From the IMG/VR virus record IMGVR_UViG_3300035696_000017, positions 32,001-96,000 of that record: DNA of 64,000 nucleotides; one strand, given 5' to 3'. Position 1 is the first letter of the stretch. Each line of letters opens with the position of its first letter. The notes beneath the pieces are model-generated. The model saw nothing but the letters and a program-made list of their open reading frames with translations. It was not told the origin of the DNA and did not search any database. The position numbers and the translations under genes were made by a program. This document shows, piece after piece, positions 36,840 through 47,059 of the stretch. Source of the stretch: a virus.

Positions 36840-37071
36840 ATGCGGTCTGTGTCAGTGTCTTAAACGTCGAATGCCGAGGAACTCTTTCTTTCCTCGGCAA
36901 CCTCGTGGGGCTTCTCTTACCCTACTCAGTCGCTTCGGAAGCTCGAAGCGACAGGGTCGCTTCGTTCACGTATCGCGGGCTGCCGCATTGGCATACTGCC
37001 AACGCTTCTGATCCGCCTGTTGAACTTTGACTTGGGTATTCATGATGACTGTCTTTTGGGACTTGTCTTCG

Positions 37072-37145
37072 TAGGACGAAGTGGAATCGAACCACCGACC
37101 TCACGCTTATCAGGCGTGCGCTCTCACCAACTGAGCTACCGTCCT
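37072..37145 (-). tRNA. tRNA-Ile(GAT)
   Basis: Loop CTGATAA. Confidence 0.95.
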
Positions 37146-37467
37146 ATGCGACCTCCACGGAGAAACTCCGCGGCGGTATCGAGTACTTTATCCTGGTCAG
37201 GGAACCTGTTTCACACTTTTTTCAGCAGTGATGCTCTTTTTCTCAGTCCAGGAAATCGGCCGCTCTCAGCAACTCGCAGTCACAGACCTCACTGAACCAA
37301 AGTGGATGGGACCAGAGGACCTTGATGCGTTCCTCGCAGCCGTGGTGTCCCACTCTGGGATAATCGACCCCGATGACGACTCCCATCGAGAACATGGTCT
37401 CAGCGGTCCCTGGCCTCATCACCAGGTCACCGGGCTTCAGGTCTTTGGGTGCCGCCACCCCTCGATT

Positions 37468-38157
37468 CTACATCTCCCGACGTCGCAGCTCGGCCAGCAT
37501 CCAGTAGACCCGATCAGGCAAGCCCGGGAAGGGCCACTCCTCTGGGTTGTCAAGGATGAACTCGAGCTGGGAGTCCTCAGGGCGGTCCAGTTCGCTCTGG
37601 TGCTTGCGCCAGGCAGCTCCATCGTTCTTCTTCACCGGAGCGCGGACGTCGACACGGTGGGCACCCAGCCACTCGTGCAGGTTGTTGCGGTCGTTCTGGT
37701 AACGGGCGTCGTTGATGACGACGTTCTTGCCTGCCTCCATCATCGGGACCAGGTCCCACGTGGCGCGGAAAGTGAGGCAGTCCGGGTGGACCATGTCACG
37801 CAAGTACTCGCTGCCCAGGGGTTGGAGAGTGCTGCGGACGCTGATCTCGGTCTTGCCCGTGCCGTTGCACTTGGAACACGTGGACACAGCGTAATCGGGA
37901 GCAACGGGCTCCGGGTATGGGATCCTGATGCTGCCGGTGCCGCCGCACTTCACGCACTTGAGGTTCCACCTCGGGTTGTGCTGGTTGCGGGCATGCGAGG
38001 GCCCGTACAGCTGCTCCTGAGTGAAGCCGAACATGTCATCGGCGAAGCGCTTCAACGGCCCCGCCAACGAGAACAGCTCGAACCCGTGACGTTCGACCAG
38101 CACCTTGGCAGTGCTGTCCTTACCCGCACCCGCTTCGCCAGAGAGGACGATGATCAT
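37468..38157 (-). CDS. deoxynucleoside monophosphate kinase with inserted DnaJ-type zinc finger
   Basis: LSGEAGAGKD, SLAGPLK, R..LQPLGSEYLR, VVINDARYQND; CVKCGGTG..CSKCNGTG. Confidence 0.85.
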   Translation of the reverse strand: MIIVLSGEAGAGKDSTAKVLVERHGFELFSLAGPLKRFADDMFGFTQEQLYGPSHARNQHNPRWNLKCVKCGGTGSIRIPYPEPVAPDYAVSTCSKCNGTGKTEISVRSTLQPLGSEYLRDMVHPDCLTFRATWDLVPMMEAGKNVVINDARYQNDRNNLHEWLGAHRVDVRAPVKKNDGAAWRKHQSELDRPEDSQLEFILDNPEEWPFPGLPDRVYWMLAELRRREM

Positions 38158-38188
38158 GTTCCGATTCTACTTTCTCACCCTGGGGTGG

Positions 38189-38713
38189 TCACTCTTCGGG
38201 CTCGGGCCGGAACGACGAGTGGACAGTCGGACACGGGAGCCCCACCTTGAGAGCAGCGACGATCAACGTATCGCTTGCACGCTTGAAGTGGATCGACGGG
38301 GTCGTCGGAGGAGGCGGTGGGATCGTTGCTCGGAAGTCGTAAGCCGCCGTCGCCCGTCGCCTGATCTCGGGCTTGGTCGTCCGCTCACGACGTTCCTTGT
38401 CATGGGAAGCGTTCACCGCGTTGGCCATGTTGTCCCAGGACTGACGTAGGCCTTCCTCCTCGATGGGAACCGCCATCGACTCCTGGCTCGGAGTGCGAGG
38501 ACACGACAGGGCTTTGATGAGCTCGTCGGCGAGTCGCACCGCTTCGGTGACTCGCTCCATGGGGGACAGGTCGCGCATCAGCTCAGGGTTCATCATCGCA
38601 AGCCCGGCGAACCACTCGCGGACCGTGACCCCGGCAGGCGGAGGCGGAGGGCTTTCCTGCAATTGGCTGCGAATTGCCCTGAGTTCCATGGACCTCGTGC
38701 GTGTTCCTGCCAT
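38189..38713 (-). CDS. hypothetical protein
   Basis: GVTVREWFAGLAM..AVRLADELIKAL, a motif common in small phage proteins. Confidence 0.65.
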   Translation of the reverse strand: MAGTRTRSMELRAIRSQLQESPPPPPAGVTVREWFAGLAMMNPELMRDLSPMERVTEAVRLADELIKALSCPRTPSQESMAVPIEEEGLRQSWDNMANAVNASHDKERRERTTKPEIRRRATAAYDFRATIPPPPPTTPSIHFKRASDTLIVAALKVGLPCPTVHSSFRPEPEE

Positions 38714-38793
38714 GTAACCACCCTACCACGGTCACTCAGCGACTTTCACCGTTTCCGAGCGGTCCCGCGCGGAGTACAAGAAAGCAGACAGCC

Positions 38794-40152
38794 ATGAACG
38801 TACCCGTCATCCACGTCCACTCACAGTCAGACAAGGGAACCATCGGGTACGTCACTTTCATGTGGGAAACCATGAGAGCATTGGCGACCCACCCTGATGC
38901 GTTGAAGCTGTCAATCCATTGCATCGGTCCCACAGCGACTGAGCGTCTCAAGGGACTGCCCGCGTGCAAGACCTACTATGTGCCCAACGCCGACTCGGAC
39001 AAGGGCATGTCGGGTTCGACAGCTCATGGAGCTTGCGTCGAACACGCGCTCCAGATGACCGACGACGGCGACATCCACATCATCTGTGATTCAGACACAG
39101 TTGTCCTGGCGAAGGGGTGGGACGACTACGTCAGGTGTGAGCTCATCGACAAGATGCTCGGCACCATGGGCGCTACCTACGAGGACGTGGGAGGCTTCAG
39201 CTCGGGTGGGGGCAACGTCCAGACGTACAAGGGCGCTCCCAACGTCGTCTGGATGGCGCTGTCACCGACGTGCCGGTGGCGTGACCTACGAGCGATCCCA
39301 GCCAAGGGCGATGACATCCACATCACCAACGAAGGCCAGGCCAAGATGTATGGGCTTCCCATTGGCTACCATGTCCTCCGCGATGTAGGCTGGCAGATCC
39401 CAGAGTACCTCGCCTCACGGGGCATCACCCACGTGGGTTGGAAGCAACGCAAGGGGACCAAGGACGCAACTGTCATCAAGGACCTCAGCGATTACCACGA
39501 GGAGTTCCAGGTCACCGCCGACAACGTCCCATTCGTCGTCCACCAACGTGGCAGCCTTCGACACTCGTACCGTGGTGACCGGATCGGCCAGAACTTCTAC
39601 AACACCGTCGAGAAGTACCTCACTCAGGAGAAGACCAGGTCACCTCGATGGATCTGGCAACCGAACGCTTCGAATGAGGGCACTCTACGCACCATGCAAG
39701 CGACCAAGGAACAAGCGGCATCACGAATCGCTGAGTTCGAAAAGATGGCAGGTGTGACTCCGACTCCTCCCTCTCAACCGGGCCTCAATGTTCCACCGAC
39801 CCCGGCTCCCGTGCCCGGCCAGTCTGGACCGACGGTGTCGGGTTGGCTCAAGGCAACGTTGGACGGCGCAGGCGTTCACAACCGCTACTCGCAACCCGTA
39901 CAAGCAACGGTCGACATCAGCTTCACTCCCAGCGACCTCGGCAAGCACCTGAGGTTGGAGGGCACAGTGTCGGGCATCAATGTCAACTTGCCGGTGCCGT
40001 CCAATGACAAGCAGTACTGGATGACGGTCAGGAACTTGACGGCAGGCAACGTCAGGTTGCAGATCACCGGGGGCCGTCAGATGCTGGACGTGCCAACGAA
40101 CGTGTGTTACCAGGTCCTGGTCGACGTCGACGGACCCATTCACATCCAGTGA
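38794..40152 (+). CDS. GT-A-like glycosyltransferase domain with C-terminal beta domain
   Basis: STAHG, IICDSDTVVL..GWD (DxD); paralog of 54542-55336. Confidence 0.65.
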   Translation: MNVPVIHVHSQSDKGTIGYVTFMWETMRALATHPDALKLSIHCIGPTATERLKGLPACKTYYVPNADSDKGMSGSTAHGACVEHALQMTDDGDIHIICDSDTVVLAKGWDDYVRCELIDKMLGTMGATYEDVGGFSSGGGNVQTYKGAPNVVWMALSPTCRWRDLRAIPAKGDDIHITNEGQAKMYGLPIGYHVLRDVGWQIPEYLASRGITHVGWKQRKGTKDATVIKDLSDYHEEFQVTADNVPFVVHQRGSLRHSYRGDRIGQNFYNTVEKYLTQEKTRSPRWIWQPNASNEGTLRTMQATKEQAASRIAEFEKMAGVTPTPPSQPGLNVPPTPAPVPGQSGPTVSGWLKATLDGAGVHNRYSQPVQATVDISFTPSDLGKHLRLEGTVSGINVNLPVPSNDKQYWMTVRNLTAGNVRLQITGGRQMLDVPTNVCYQVLVDVDGPIHIQ

Positions 40153-40910
40153 TCAGGGCGGAAAGTTGTACTCGCTTTCCCTGAAGTTCCAGAGGACGTA
40201 GCACTCGAACTTCATGTCCCCGTGTGCCCGCTCGAGCGGGACAACACCGACGATGATCCCGATGCCGATGAGGCCCGTCTTGTCGAGGTGCTTCTGGCCC
40301 TTGTATGACGTCACCAGCATGCCCGGGTATGGGCGGAAATATTGACGGTCACCGCACCTGAACAGGTTTGGGAACTGCGTGTCCTGGCCCAACAGCTCCC
40401 ACGTGGTGCAGTTGTCCTGCTGGGTGAGAGCGACCGCGGGCTCGATCACGGGATTGCTTCGGGGTTCAGGCGCCAGTCCTTGAACTCCTTGGTGTGCCTG
40501 TCGAGGAAACCCCAGTCCTTCGACCGTGGGCCGGTGAAGAAGATGGTCCACGCACCCTTCTTTTCATCACGTAGATCGACCCGATGGAAGTCGGTCGTCT
40601 TGGGTAGCTTGGCCTCAAGCCACAGCAGCAGCCGGTGCATCATGCCCCGACAGTACCACGTGGGAAGGCCGTGTACCGGCTGACTCCAGGCGGGCGACGA
40701 CCTTGGTGTCCTTCAGCAACTCCACTCTCGTCCCGTGGGTCACGTGGGCGCACCACTTCAGGAACAACCCCCAAGCTTCGTGCTCGTTCTTGTCGACTGC
40801 GACCTTGTCATCAATCCTGACGGAGTAGACAGCGGGCTTGGCAGACGGGTGCACTGAGCGCTTGAGGGCCATGACCGTAGTGTACCACGGTCCGGTGCAC
40901 CGTTGCACCG

Positions 40911-41282
40911 TCACTCGTCAGGGCGGCTCAACAGCTTGTCGAGCTTCTCTTCGAGTTTCTTCAAGCGCTCATCAACATCATGGGTCAGGTCGTAGTCCCC
41001 ATACAACGCTTTTCGGTCCTTCTCAGCCTGCCTGTTCTGTGCCATCAGGATCATGGGCGCGGTGTAAGCAGCCTGGAGCGACAGCATCAGGTTGAGCAGG
41101 ATGTATGGGTACGGGTCGAAGTGAGCCAGTCCCGCAGAGTTGATGTAGACCCAGATCCCCAAGCCCAGGGTCTGGACAGCGAAGAATTGCCAGCTGCCCA
41201 CCTGTTTTGCAAGCGACTCGGCGAGCCGCTGGCTGAAAGTGGTGGGGGTCTTCTCGAGCTCTTCTTCGATGCCACCGCTCAT
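40911..41282 (-). CDS. DUF1003 membrane protein
   Basis: GSWQFF..FDPYPYILLNLMLSLQAAYTAPMILMAQNRQ. Confidence 0.9.
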   Translation of the reverse strand: MSGGIEEELEKTPTTFSQRLAESLAKQVGSWQFFAVQTLGLGIWVYINSAGLAHFDPYPYILLNLMLSLQAAYTAPMILMAQNRQAEKDRKALYGDYDLTHDVDERLKKLEEKLDKLLSRPDE

Positions 41283-41308
41283 GCCGTTAAGTAACGGCGA
41301 ACGACGGG

Positions 41309-41653
41309 TCAGTCGAGGCCTGTGTCCCAATTGCGCGCAGTGGGCTCACCGTGCTCGTCCCACCTGGGGTCCCCCACTCGTTTGCCACCGTGCTCTTCGC
41401 TGTGATCGTCCTCAGACTCGTCGAGGTCGGGACTCATCTCCAGGGGCTGCTCCATCGCGGGAGGCGGCACGTCGGGTCCCTGCATCTCGTCCAGGCCGAG
41501 GTCCCAGTTGCGCGCTGACGGATCCGGGTGAGCGTCCTTGTTGAAGTTCGGCTCCTTCTTGGTCTCGTCATTGGCAACGTACTCGCGGATCAAACCGCGG
41601 ACCAGTCCCCGGAACTGGGACTCAGTCATCACCCTCTTCTTTGGCTCACTCAT
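41309..41653 (-). CDS. acidic hypothetical protein with duplicated P(S/T)ARNWD(L/T)GLD motif
   Basis: N-terminal LVRGLIRE motif; internal repeat. Confidence 0.65.
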   Translation of the reverse strand: MSEPKKRVMTESQFRGLVRGLIREYVANDETKKEPNFNKDAHPDPSARNWDLGLDEMQGPDVPPPAMEQPLEMSPDLDESEDDHSEEHGGKRVGDPRWDEHGEPTARNWDTGLD

Positions 41654-42051
41654 CGGTGTCCCCCGTGACCGCCACCGTGGTAGCCGCCACCGCCGTGCCA
41701 GCCCCCACCTGCGTGTCCTTCATAATGGAAACCGCCGTGGTAGACTGGACCTCGCCAGCCACCGCCGTGGTACCAACCGTGCCCGTTCCAACCCATCCAC
41801 CCGTGGAAGACCCAACCGCTCGGGCCCCAGCCGTAGTAGTAACGGTACGGGACCCCAGCGTAGATGACGACGCGGTAGTAGACGCAGGGCTCCTCCATGA
41901 CGAAGCCATCGGGCACCACGACTGGTCCTGCCACACAGGCCCCAACGGGGACAACGGGCGGGGGATAGTCGTACTCGGCCACGCATGCCGTCGTCGTGGT
42001 CATCAACCCCAGGATGAGTGCCAGGGGGAGCAACAGTTTGGCGAGCTTCAT
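41650..42051 (-). CDS. Gly/His/Trp-rich lipoprotein
   Basis: Signal peptide TTAC; (W/Y)HGGG repeats. Confidence 0.7.
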   Translation of the reverse strand: MKLAKLLLPLALILGLMTTTTACVAEYDYPPPVVPVGACVAGPVVVPDGFVMEEPCVYYRVVIYAGVPYRYYYGWGPSGWVFHGWMGWNGHGWYHGGGWRGPVYHGGFHYEGHAGGGWHGGGGYHGGGHGGHR

Positions 42052-42069
42052 GAGGGTAACTATCTACCC

Positions 42070-42453
42070 TCAGCGGCCAGTCGGATAGCCCTCCGCCCAG
42101 TCTGTGAGCCTTTCCGTCAGGTCGTCGATGACATCTTTGGCTTCGTCATCGTCGTCCCACGAGGGCTCGAACACATCGAACTCGTACACCTTGAGGCCAT
42201 CGACGACCTTGCCGTTCTCGTCGAAGGTGACCTTGCAACCGTACTCGTCCTCGAAATCATCGATGAGTGAGTCGAGATCGTAGCCGCTCTCGCTGCCGTC
42301 AGCGAGGTGGACGACGCTGTTGGCCGGGTCGTTGATGATGTTCCCAGCGACGGGAGTCTCGATGCTCAAGCCCGATCTAGCGTGGACTCCATTGCCGTTC
42401 ATGGAGACCGGCTCGCCGTGGTAGGCACAGACCCTGAAGATGAAGCTGCTCAT
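42070..42453 (-). CDS. acidic hypothetical protein
   Basis: Class A-like promoter upstream. Confidence 0.6.
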   Translation of the reverse strand: MSSFIFRVCAYHGEPVSMNGNGVHARSGLSIETPVAGNIINDPANSVVHLADGSESGYDLDSLIDDFEDEYGCKVTFDENGKVVDGLKVYEFDVFEPSWDDDDEAKDVIDDLTERLTDWAEGYPTGR

Positions 42454-42644
42454 GTGTCTACCGTAACACGCTCAGGTGTCAAGTTGCACCAGCGTGAAGG
42501 CTGAGAGCGATGACGTCCTCACCAAACGCTGGTTGATGACGATGCTCCACTCCCACTCTGGACAGTCGACACCGTCCTCAGCGCTGTCACGCTGGTAGGG
42601 CAGCGAGGCGACGACGAGGCCGAAGCCCCGGCCCTTCGCATGGA

Positions 42645-43112
42645 CTAGGTCACCTGGCTTGAAACCGTACTTTGGGGGTCGTCTCGCCACCGTTCTGCTC
42701 GTTTCTGTTGGAGTTGGGCGATGACCTCGTCGGCCCTTCCACCCTTGCCAGCATGCATGTCGTGCCGGACGCCCTTCTCGTTATTGCAACGGGAGCATGC
42801 CAGCGCCAGGTTACGCGGGTCTGTTGGGTCACCCCCATCGCACAGCGGCTTGATGTGCTCAATGGTAGCGTCAGTGAGACCATCACGGGAGACGACGAGC
42901 TTGGTGTTGCAGTGGATGCAACGCCCGTGCCAGAGCCCCAACGAGTTTGCTAGGGGTGGGTCATCCCACCTGAGCTGGCCCGGCTTCCAGTGGAACGTGT
43001 TGTCGGTACGGACGATTGACAGGACGACTTCAGCCCTGCTCTTCGCCCTCGCCTTGTGCGGCGTCGGCTGCTGCCTCGCCGTCTTCTCCTTCTTCGCCTT
43101 CTTCCGGCTCAC
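42645..43112 (-). CDS. HNH endonuclease
   Basis: CIHC..TIEHIKP..GG..NLALACSRCNNEKG. Confidence 0.88.
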   Translation of the reverse strand: MSRKKAKKEKTARQQPTPHKARAKSRAEVVLSIVRTDNTFHWKPGQLRWDDPPLANSLGLWHGRCIHCNTKLVVSRDGLTDATIEHIKPLCDGGDPTDPRNLALACSRCNNEKGVRHDMHAGKGGRADEVIAQLQQKRAERWRDDPQSTVSSQVT

Positions 43113-44007
43113 CCTCAGAGTCTACATCGCCTCCACCGGGTTTTGCATTGGCTCCCAGCATCTTGCTGGTGTCGCTGCCACCTGAAAGCTCAGGGATCTC
43201 GGGAGCACGCCTGGATGCAACGCCGTCCATGCCCATCACCGACGGGTGCACCGTTGTCGGGTCGTTGTCACGTGGGTGCATCTTCAGCTGAGCCTGTGGG
43301 TCCTCTTCGCGGCGAAAATCGCCGTTGGTGCCCATGGGACGGGCGGGAGAAGCGTACCAGAAGCCGTCGATGTCTTCGCCGTCGTGATGATCGCGAGACA
43401 TGTCGAAGTCGGTGTAGAAGCCCTTGGGTTCCGTCGTTGGATCGACCATGCCCGCGCCGGGCGGGTACTCCAACAGCAGGTGTTTCTCTTGCTTGAAGAA
43501 CTCGCGGATCTCGTAGCGCAGCCACAGCGGCATCACGCTCTCCCCATAGAACCCTTTCTCAGGCTTCTCTTCTGGGGGTGACCCCAACGACGTCTTCTCC
43601 TCATCGCCCTTAAGATGGGGAGACATCTTCAGGTCATCATCGCTGTCGTCGGGGTCCGGGATGCCGTTGCCCTTGCCGTCACCGATCATGCGATCGTCGG
43701 TCTCATCCAGGTCGCCCTCAGCGCCTGAGGGTTGGCCTGTCGGGTCGCCGAGACGTTCGTGATCGTACGGTTCAGCCTCAAGCCCGTTCGGGAACCAGCG
43801 GCCCGGGACCCACGCTTCCTCGTCCATCTCACCCGGCTTGGGCGGGTTGCCGTTCTCATCATCAAGCGCCGCACTGCCCGGCAGCTCACTGGGCCGGTGC
43901 CCTGGAACGCCTGCGTCTGGGTCACCCGGCGCGGACGGGGAGTCCAACGCTGACATCGCCACCGCTTCGTACAGGTACTCCCGTAGCAGCCCCAGCCTGA
44001 CTTTCAC
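43030..44007 (-). CDS. acidic low-complexity protein with VKVRLGLLREYLYE N-terminus (possible head/internal protein)
   Basis: GTG start preceded by ATAGTTA. Confidence 0.7.
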   Translation of the reverse strand: MKVRLGLLREYLYEAVAMSALDSPSAPGDPDAGVPGHRPSELPGSAALDDENGNPPKPGEMDEEAWVPGRWFPNGLEAEPYDHERLGDPTGQPSGAEGDLDETDDRMIGDGKGNGIPDPDDSDDDLKMSPHLKGDEEKTSLGSPPEEKPEKGFYGESVMPLWLRYEIREFFKQEKHLLLEYPPGAGMVDPTTEPKGFYTDFDMSRDHHDGEDIDGFWYASPARPMGTNGDFRREEDPQAQLKMHPRDNDPTTVHPSVMGMDGVASRRAPEIPELSGGSDTSKMLGANAKPGGGDVDSEGEPEEGEEGEDGEAAADAAQGEGEEQG

Positions 44008-44278
44008 GAGAGTAACTATTCGACGTGGTAGATGGTCGCTTCGTTGAGTGTGGTGACGTCGTATTCCGTGTAGCCGTCCTTGCAGTTGCCGCCCCAGAGC
44101 ACCGCGATCTGTGAGACACCATCGTTGGCCACCACCATCCCGAGCCCGACGAAGGGCCTCAGGTGCGCGGGGGACCCCATCCTCTTCCACTCTTCGTTCT
44201 GATCGATCAGGATGAACTCACCGGGTGGCCACGTCTTGATGTCATGGAGGCTCCTCGTGCGGTGGGGGACTTTCTTCA

Positions 44279-44719
44279 TCACATCCCCGGCAAGTGCTCA
44301 GGTAGGTGGATGAACTCGAAGCCCGGCAGCGTCGGTTGCTTGCGCAACCTCGGGGGCAACGTCTCGATCGCCATGAACTGCTGCGGGATGATCCGGTGCG
44401 GGACCCTGGCGTTGATCCACTCCTTGAACGCTTGGGGTCCCATCACCCGACGTTTCCGGGAGATGACGTACACTGCGTCCAAGAGGCTCATGTTCTCGCG
44501 GAACCTGTTTCAGTTGTAGTGCGTGGGCGCCTTGTTCTGGTGAGCGTGCTTCGGGGCCAACGACCGGGGCATCAAGTGTTCGACAGTGATGCTCTCCAGG
44601 TTCTCGAACGGGTGGCCGCACAGGATGCACAGGAAGTCCCACTCTCGGAGGAGCCTGAGCCGCTTCTCGACGTCCCGTTGCTTCATCACCTCGGGAGGGC
44701 TGCGGTGCTTCTTTGCCAT
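44279..44719 (-). pseudogene. HNH endonuclease interrupted by an in-frame TGA at a Cys position
   Basis: CILC..TVEH..NKAPTHYN-TGA-NRFRENMSLL in one frame. Confidence 0.65.
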
Positions 44720-44811
44720 GTGGTTCTACCTTACCAGGATAGCCCCAGAAAATGCACAACGAGGGCCATCCATTGGACAGCCCTCGCCGGGGAGGTGAAC
44801 TCGAGAAGGGT

Positions 44812-45384
44812 TCAGTGGGACGGGGCGGGAGCCAGCTGGATCGGGCCCGCCTTCTTGGTGTCGAAGGCCTTCTGGGTCTCGTCGTTGATGACGATGTCGA
44901 AGACGCTCAGGTCCTTCTTCGGAAAGCCGAGGAAGTGGGCGAACTGGCCGTTCGGCATCGAACCCAGGTAGGTCTCGTAGACCCGCTTCTTGTCGAGCAG
45001 CGTCTTCTGGTCGGCCTCGAAGCTGTTGCGGCCCGCCTCGATGACCTGCTGGACCCGGATGTACATCTGGGGATCGAGGTTCGGGTTCGCTTCCGTCAGG
45101 ACCTGGAAGACGGCTTTCGACCCGTCGGCGCCGTAGCGACCCCGCATCGCACCGTCGTACACCTCCTTGAGCTTGGAGGCATACATGTCGGGGATCTGGA
45201 TCATCTCCTTGATCTTGTTGAAGTAGTTCGCGTAGTTGTTCTGGTTCTGCTTGTACTGCGCTTCGAGCCCAGCTTCCTGGGCGACGCAGGTGTTGTTGAC
45301 GCCGGCGACACAGCTGAAGCAGCCGACGCCGAAGACGAGGCACAGTGCCACGAGGGCGATGAGAGCCTTGAGAGCGGTTGACAT
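44812..45384 (-). CDS. LemA-like membrane-anchored protein
   Basis: N-terminal TM, coiled body, [22 protein letters not shown]. Confidence 0.65.
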   Translation of the reverse strand: MSTALKALIALVALCLVFGVGCFSCVAGVNNTCVAQEAGLEAQYKQNQNNYANYFNKIKEMIQIPDMYASKLKEVYDGAMRGRYGADGSKAVFQVLTEANPNLDPQMYIRVQQVIEAGRNSFEADQKTLLDKKRVYETYLGSMPNGQFAHFLGFPKKDLSVFDIVINDETQKAFDTKKAGPIQLAPAPSH

Positions 45385-45423
45385 GGGAAGGTTCTACCTT
45401 GTTTGGGTTGGTTGTTCAGTGTC

Positions 45424-46578
45424 TCAGTACGGTCCGCTACCCGACGTACCGTACCCGTATCGGTTGCGACGACGCTTGGGAGCATACCCAAAGTCGTCCT
45501 CGTCTCCCTCCTCGAAGGGATCCTCAAGTTCGAAGAAGACCGTCAGCCCGATGCTGACAATGAGGGCGATGATGAGGGTGACGACCCATGCTGTGGTCGA
45601 CGGGGTCATCTCGCTCTCCAGGTACTGGAAGTCAGCCATGGGCTTGCGGACGAAGTACTGCGAGACGTTGGTCTTTAGGTCTGCGATGACGGCGTCCTTG
45701 GTCAGGACCGGGTCGTTCATGACGTCGTCGCGGAGTTTGACCTTGAAGATCTCGTTAGTCGTCCAGCACATGACCGTCGCCCACTGGGGCTTCAGGTCGC
45801 CGTCAACACCGACCACCAGCACTACATCGTTTTTCTTGCCCCCGATCCACTTCTGCTCGAGGGCGTAGTACCAGTCCTGTGGCTGGTCTTTGACGAGGAC
45901 AACGATGATGTTGGCCTGTTTGGGCGCGCCGAGCTCGGCATTGAGCTCTTCCAACGCGGCATTCCAACCACGTGGATCGTCTACGCTGATGCCGACGGTG
46001 ACCAGCCGGTTGAGGTGCCAGTAGTCGTAGATGTTCTGCGGGTTGTTGGGCAGCGTCGTCGCGTACTTCTCGGTCAAGCCCTGGTGACGGAACAGGGTGC
46101 CAGGTGAGGCCTTGACATAGTTCTCGTACGAGTGGGTGACGCTGACAGGCTCGCCGACACGGGTGGACGTCCAACGCGGGGGCTCCCGCAGGCCCTGGCG
46201 ATCGATGGTGTCGATGCTGAAGCCACCCACTGTCGACGCCACGTCCCAGTCGACGTCGAAGCTGTGTTCGTAGCAGGTGTCGCAGACCTGGCTACACGAC
46301 CTGTTCTTGCCCGACCCACTGCACTCTTGTCTGCAATTGCAACTGTATGAGTGCCGGCAGCTGACCACATCACGGGTCTTGCTGGTCACCCGTCCGTTCA
46401 GGATCTCGACGTCATGCTTCGCCGAACACGACACGATGCCAGCGCTCGAACCCGCGATGACGATGTTGGCCAACAGGATGCAACCGGCCTCTTTCCAGTT
46501 GACGCCCTTCAGGAAGATGAAGGCTCCCGCTGGCACGACAACGGAGACCGCCAGCACGATCAGGAAGAATGACATCAT
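45424..46578 (-). CDS. membrane protein with Cys-rich periplasmic region and TPM-like domain
   Basis: N- and C-terminal TMs; WIGGKKNDVVLVVG. Confidence 0.7.
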   Translation of the reverse strand: MMSFFLIVLAVSVVVPAGAFIFLKGVNWKEAGCILLANIVIAGSSAGIVSCSAKHDVEILNGRVTSKTRDVVSCRHSYSCNCRQECSGSGKNRSCSQVCDTCYEHSFDVDWDVASTVGGFSIDTIDRQGLREPPRWTSTRVGEPVSVTHSYENYVKASPGTLFRHQGLTEKYATTLPNNPQNIYDYWHLNRLVTVGISVDDPRGWNAALEELNAELGAPKQANIIVVLVKDQPQDWYYALEQKWIGGKKNDVVLVVGVDGDLKPQWATVMCWTTNEIFKVKLRDDVMNDPVLTKDAVIADLKTNVSQYFVRKPMADFQYLESEMTPSTTAWVVTLIIALIVSIGLTVFFELEDPFEEGDEDDFGYAPKRRRNRYGYGTSGSGPY

Positions 46579-47027
46579 CGGACGATCCCCATCTCCAGGT
46601 CGTTCAACACCTGGAAGCCCTCGGTGATTGCTTTCTGGAACTCCTCGAACTCGTCCATCGTCATCGACATCGCACCAGCCGTGGCGATGTGGACGCACTT
46701 GCGGCTCTGTTCGACCGGACGCCTCACTGAGTCGAAGCGATGTTCAGCCAACTCCTTCCACCGTTTCTCGTTCTCGGGAGTCTGGCGGGTGTTGTAGCCC
46801 TTGTACCTGTAACCCTTCAGCGACAGGATGATGACGGTCGAGTCACGCCGGATCTCGACCTGTGGAAAGCCCAGGGTCGCGCCGACCAGCTTGGCCTTCC
46901 ATCGCAGGTTGTCATCGCGGCTCATGTTGGACATGAACGTCCCTGGGGGCGCTCCGTCTGCTTGGTTGCCGGCCCATTCCTCCTTCGAAAGGACGGGCTC
47001 GGGCTTGTCCCACATCAGGACTGTCAT
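46575..47027 (-). CDS. hypothetical protein
   Basis: TAGACT-N6-ATG upstream. Confidence 0.65.
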   Translation of the reverse strand: MTVLMWDKPEPVLSKEEWAGNQADGAPPGTFMSNMSRDDNLRWKAKLVGATLGFPQVEIRRDSTVIILSLKGYRYKGYNTRQTPENEKRWKELAEHRFDSVRRPVEQSRKCVHIATAGAMSMTMDEFEEFQKAITEGFQVLNDLEMGIVR

Positions 47028-47059
47028 GCTCCCAGTCTACCACTGGGTGGGGTGGGTAT

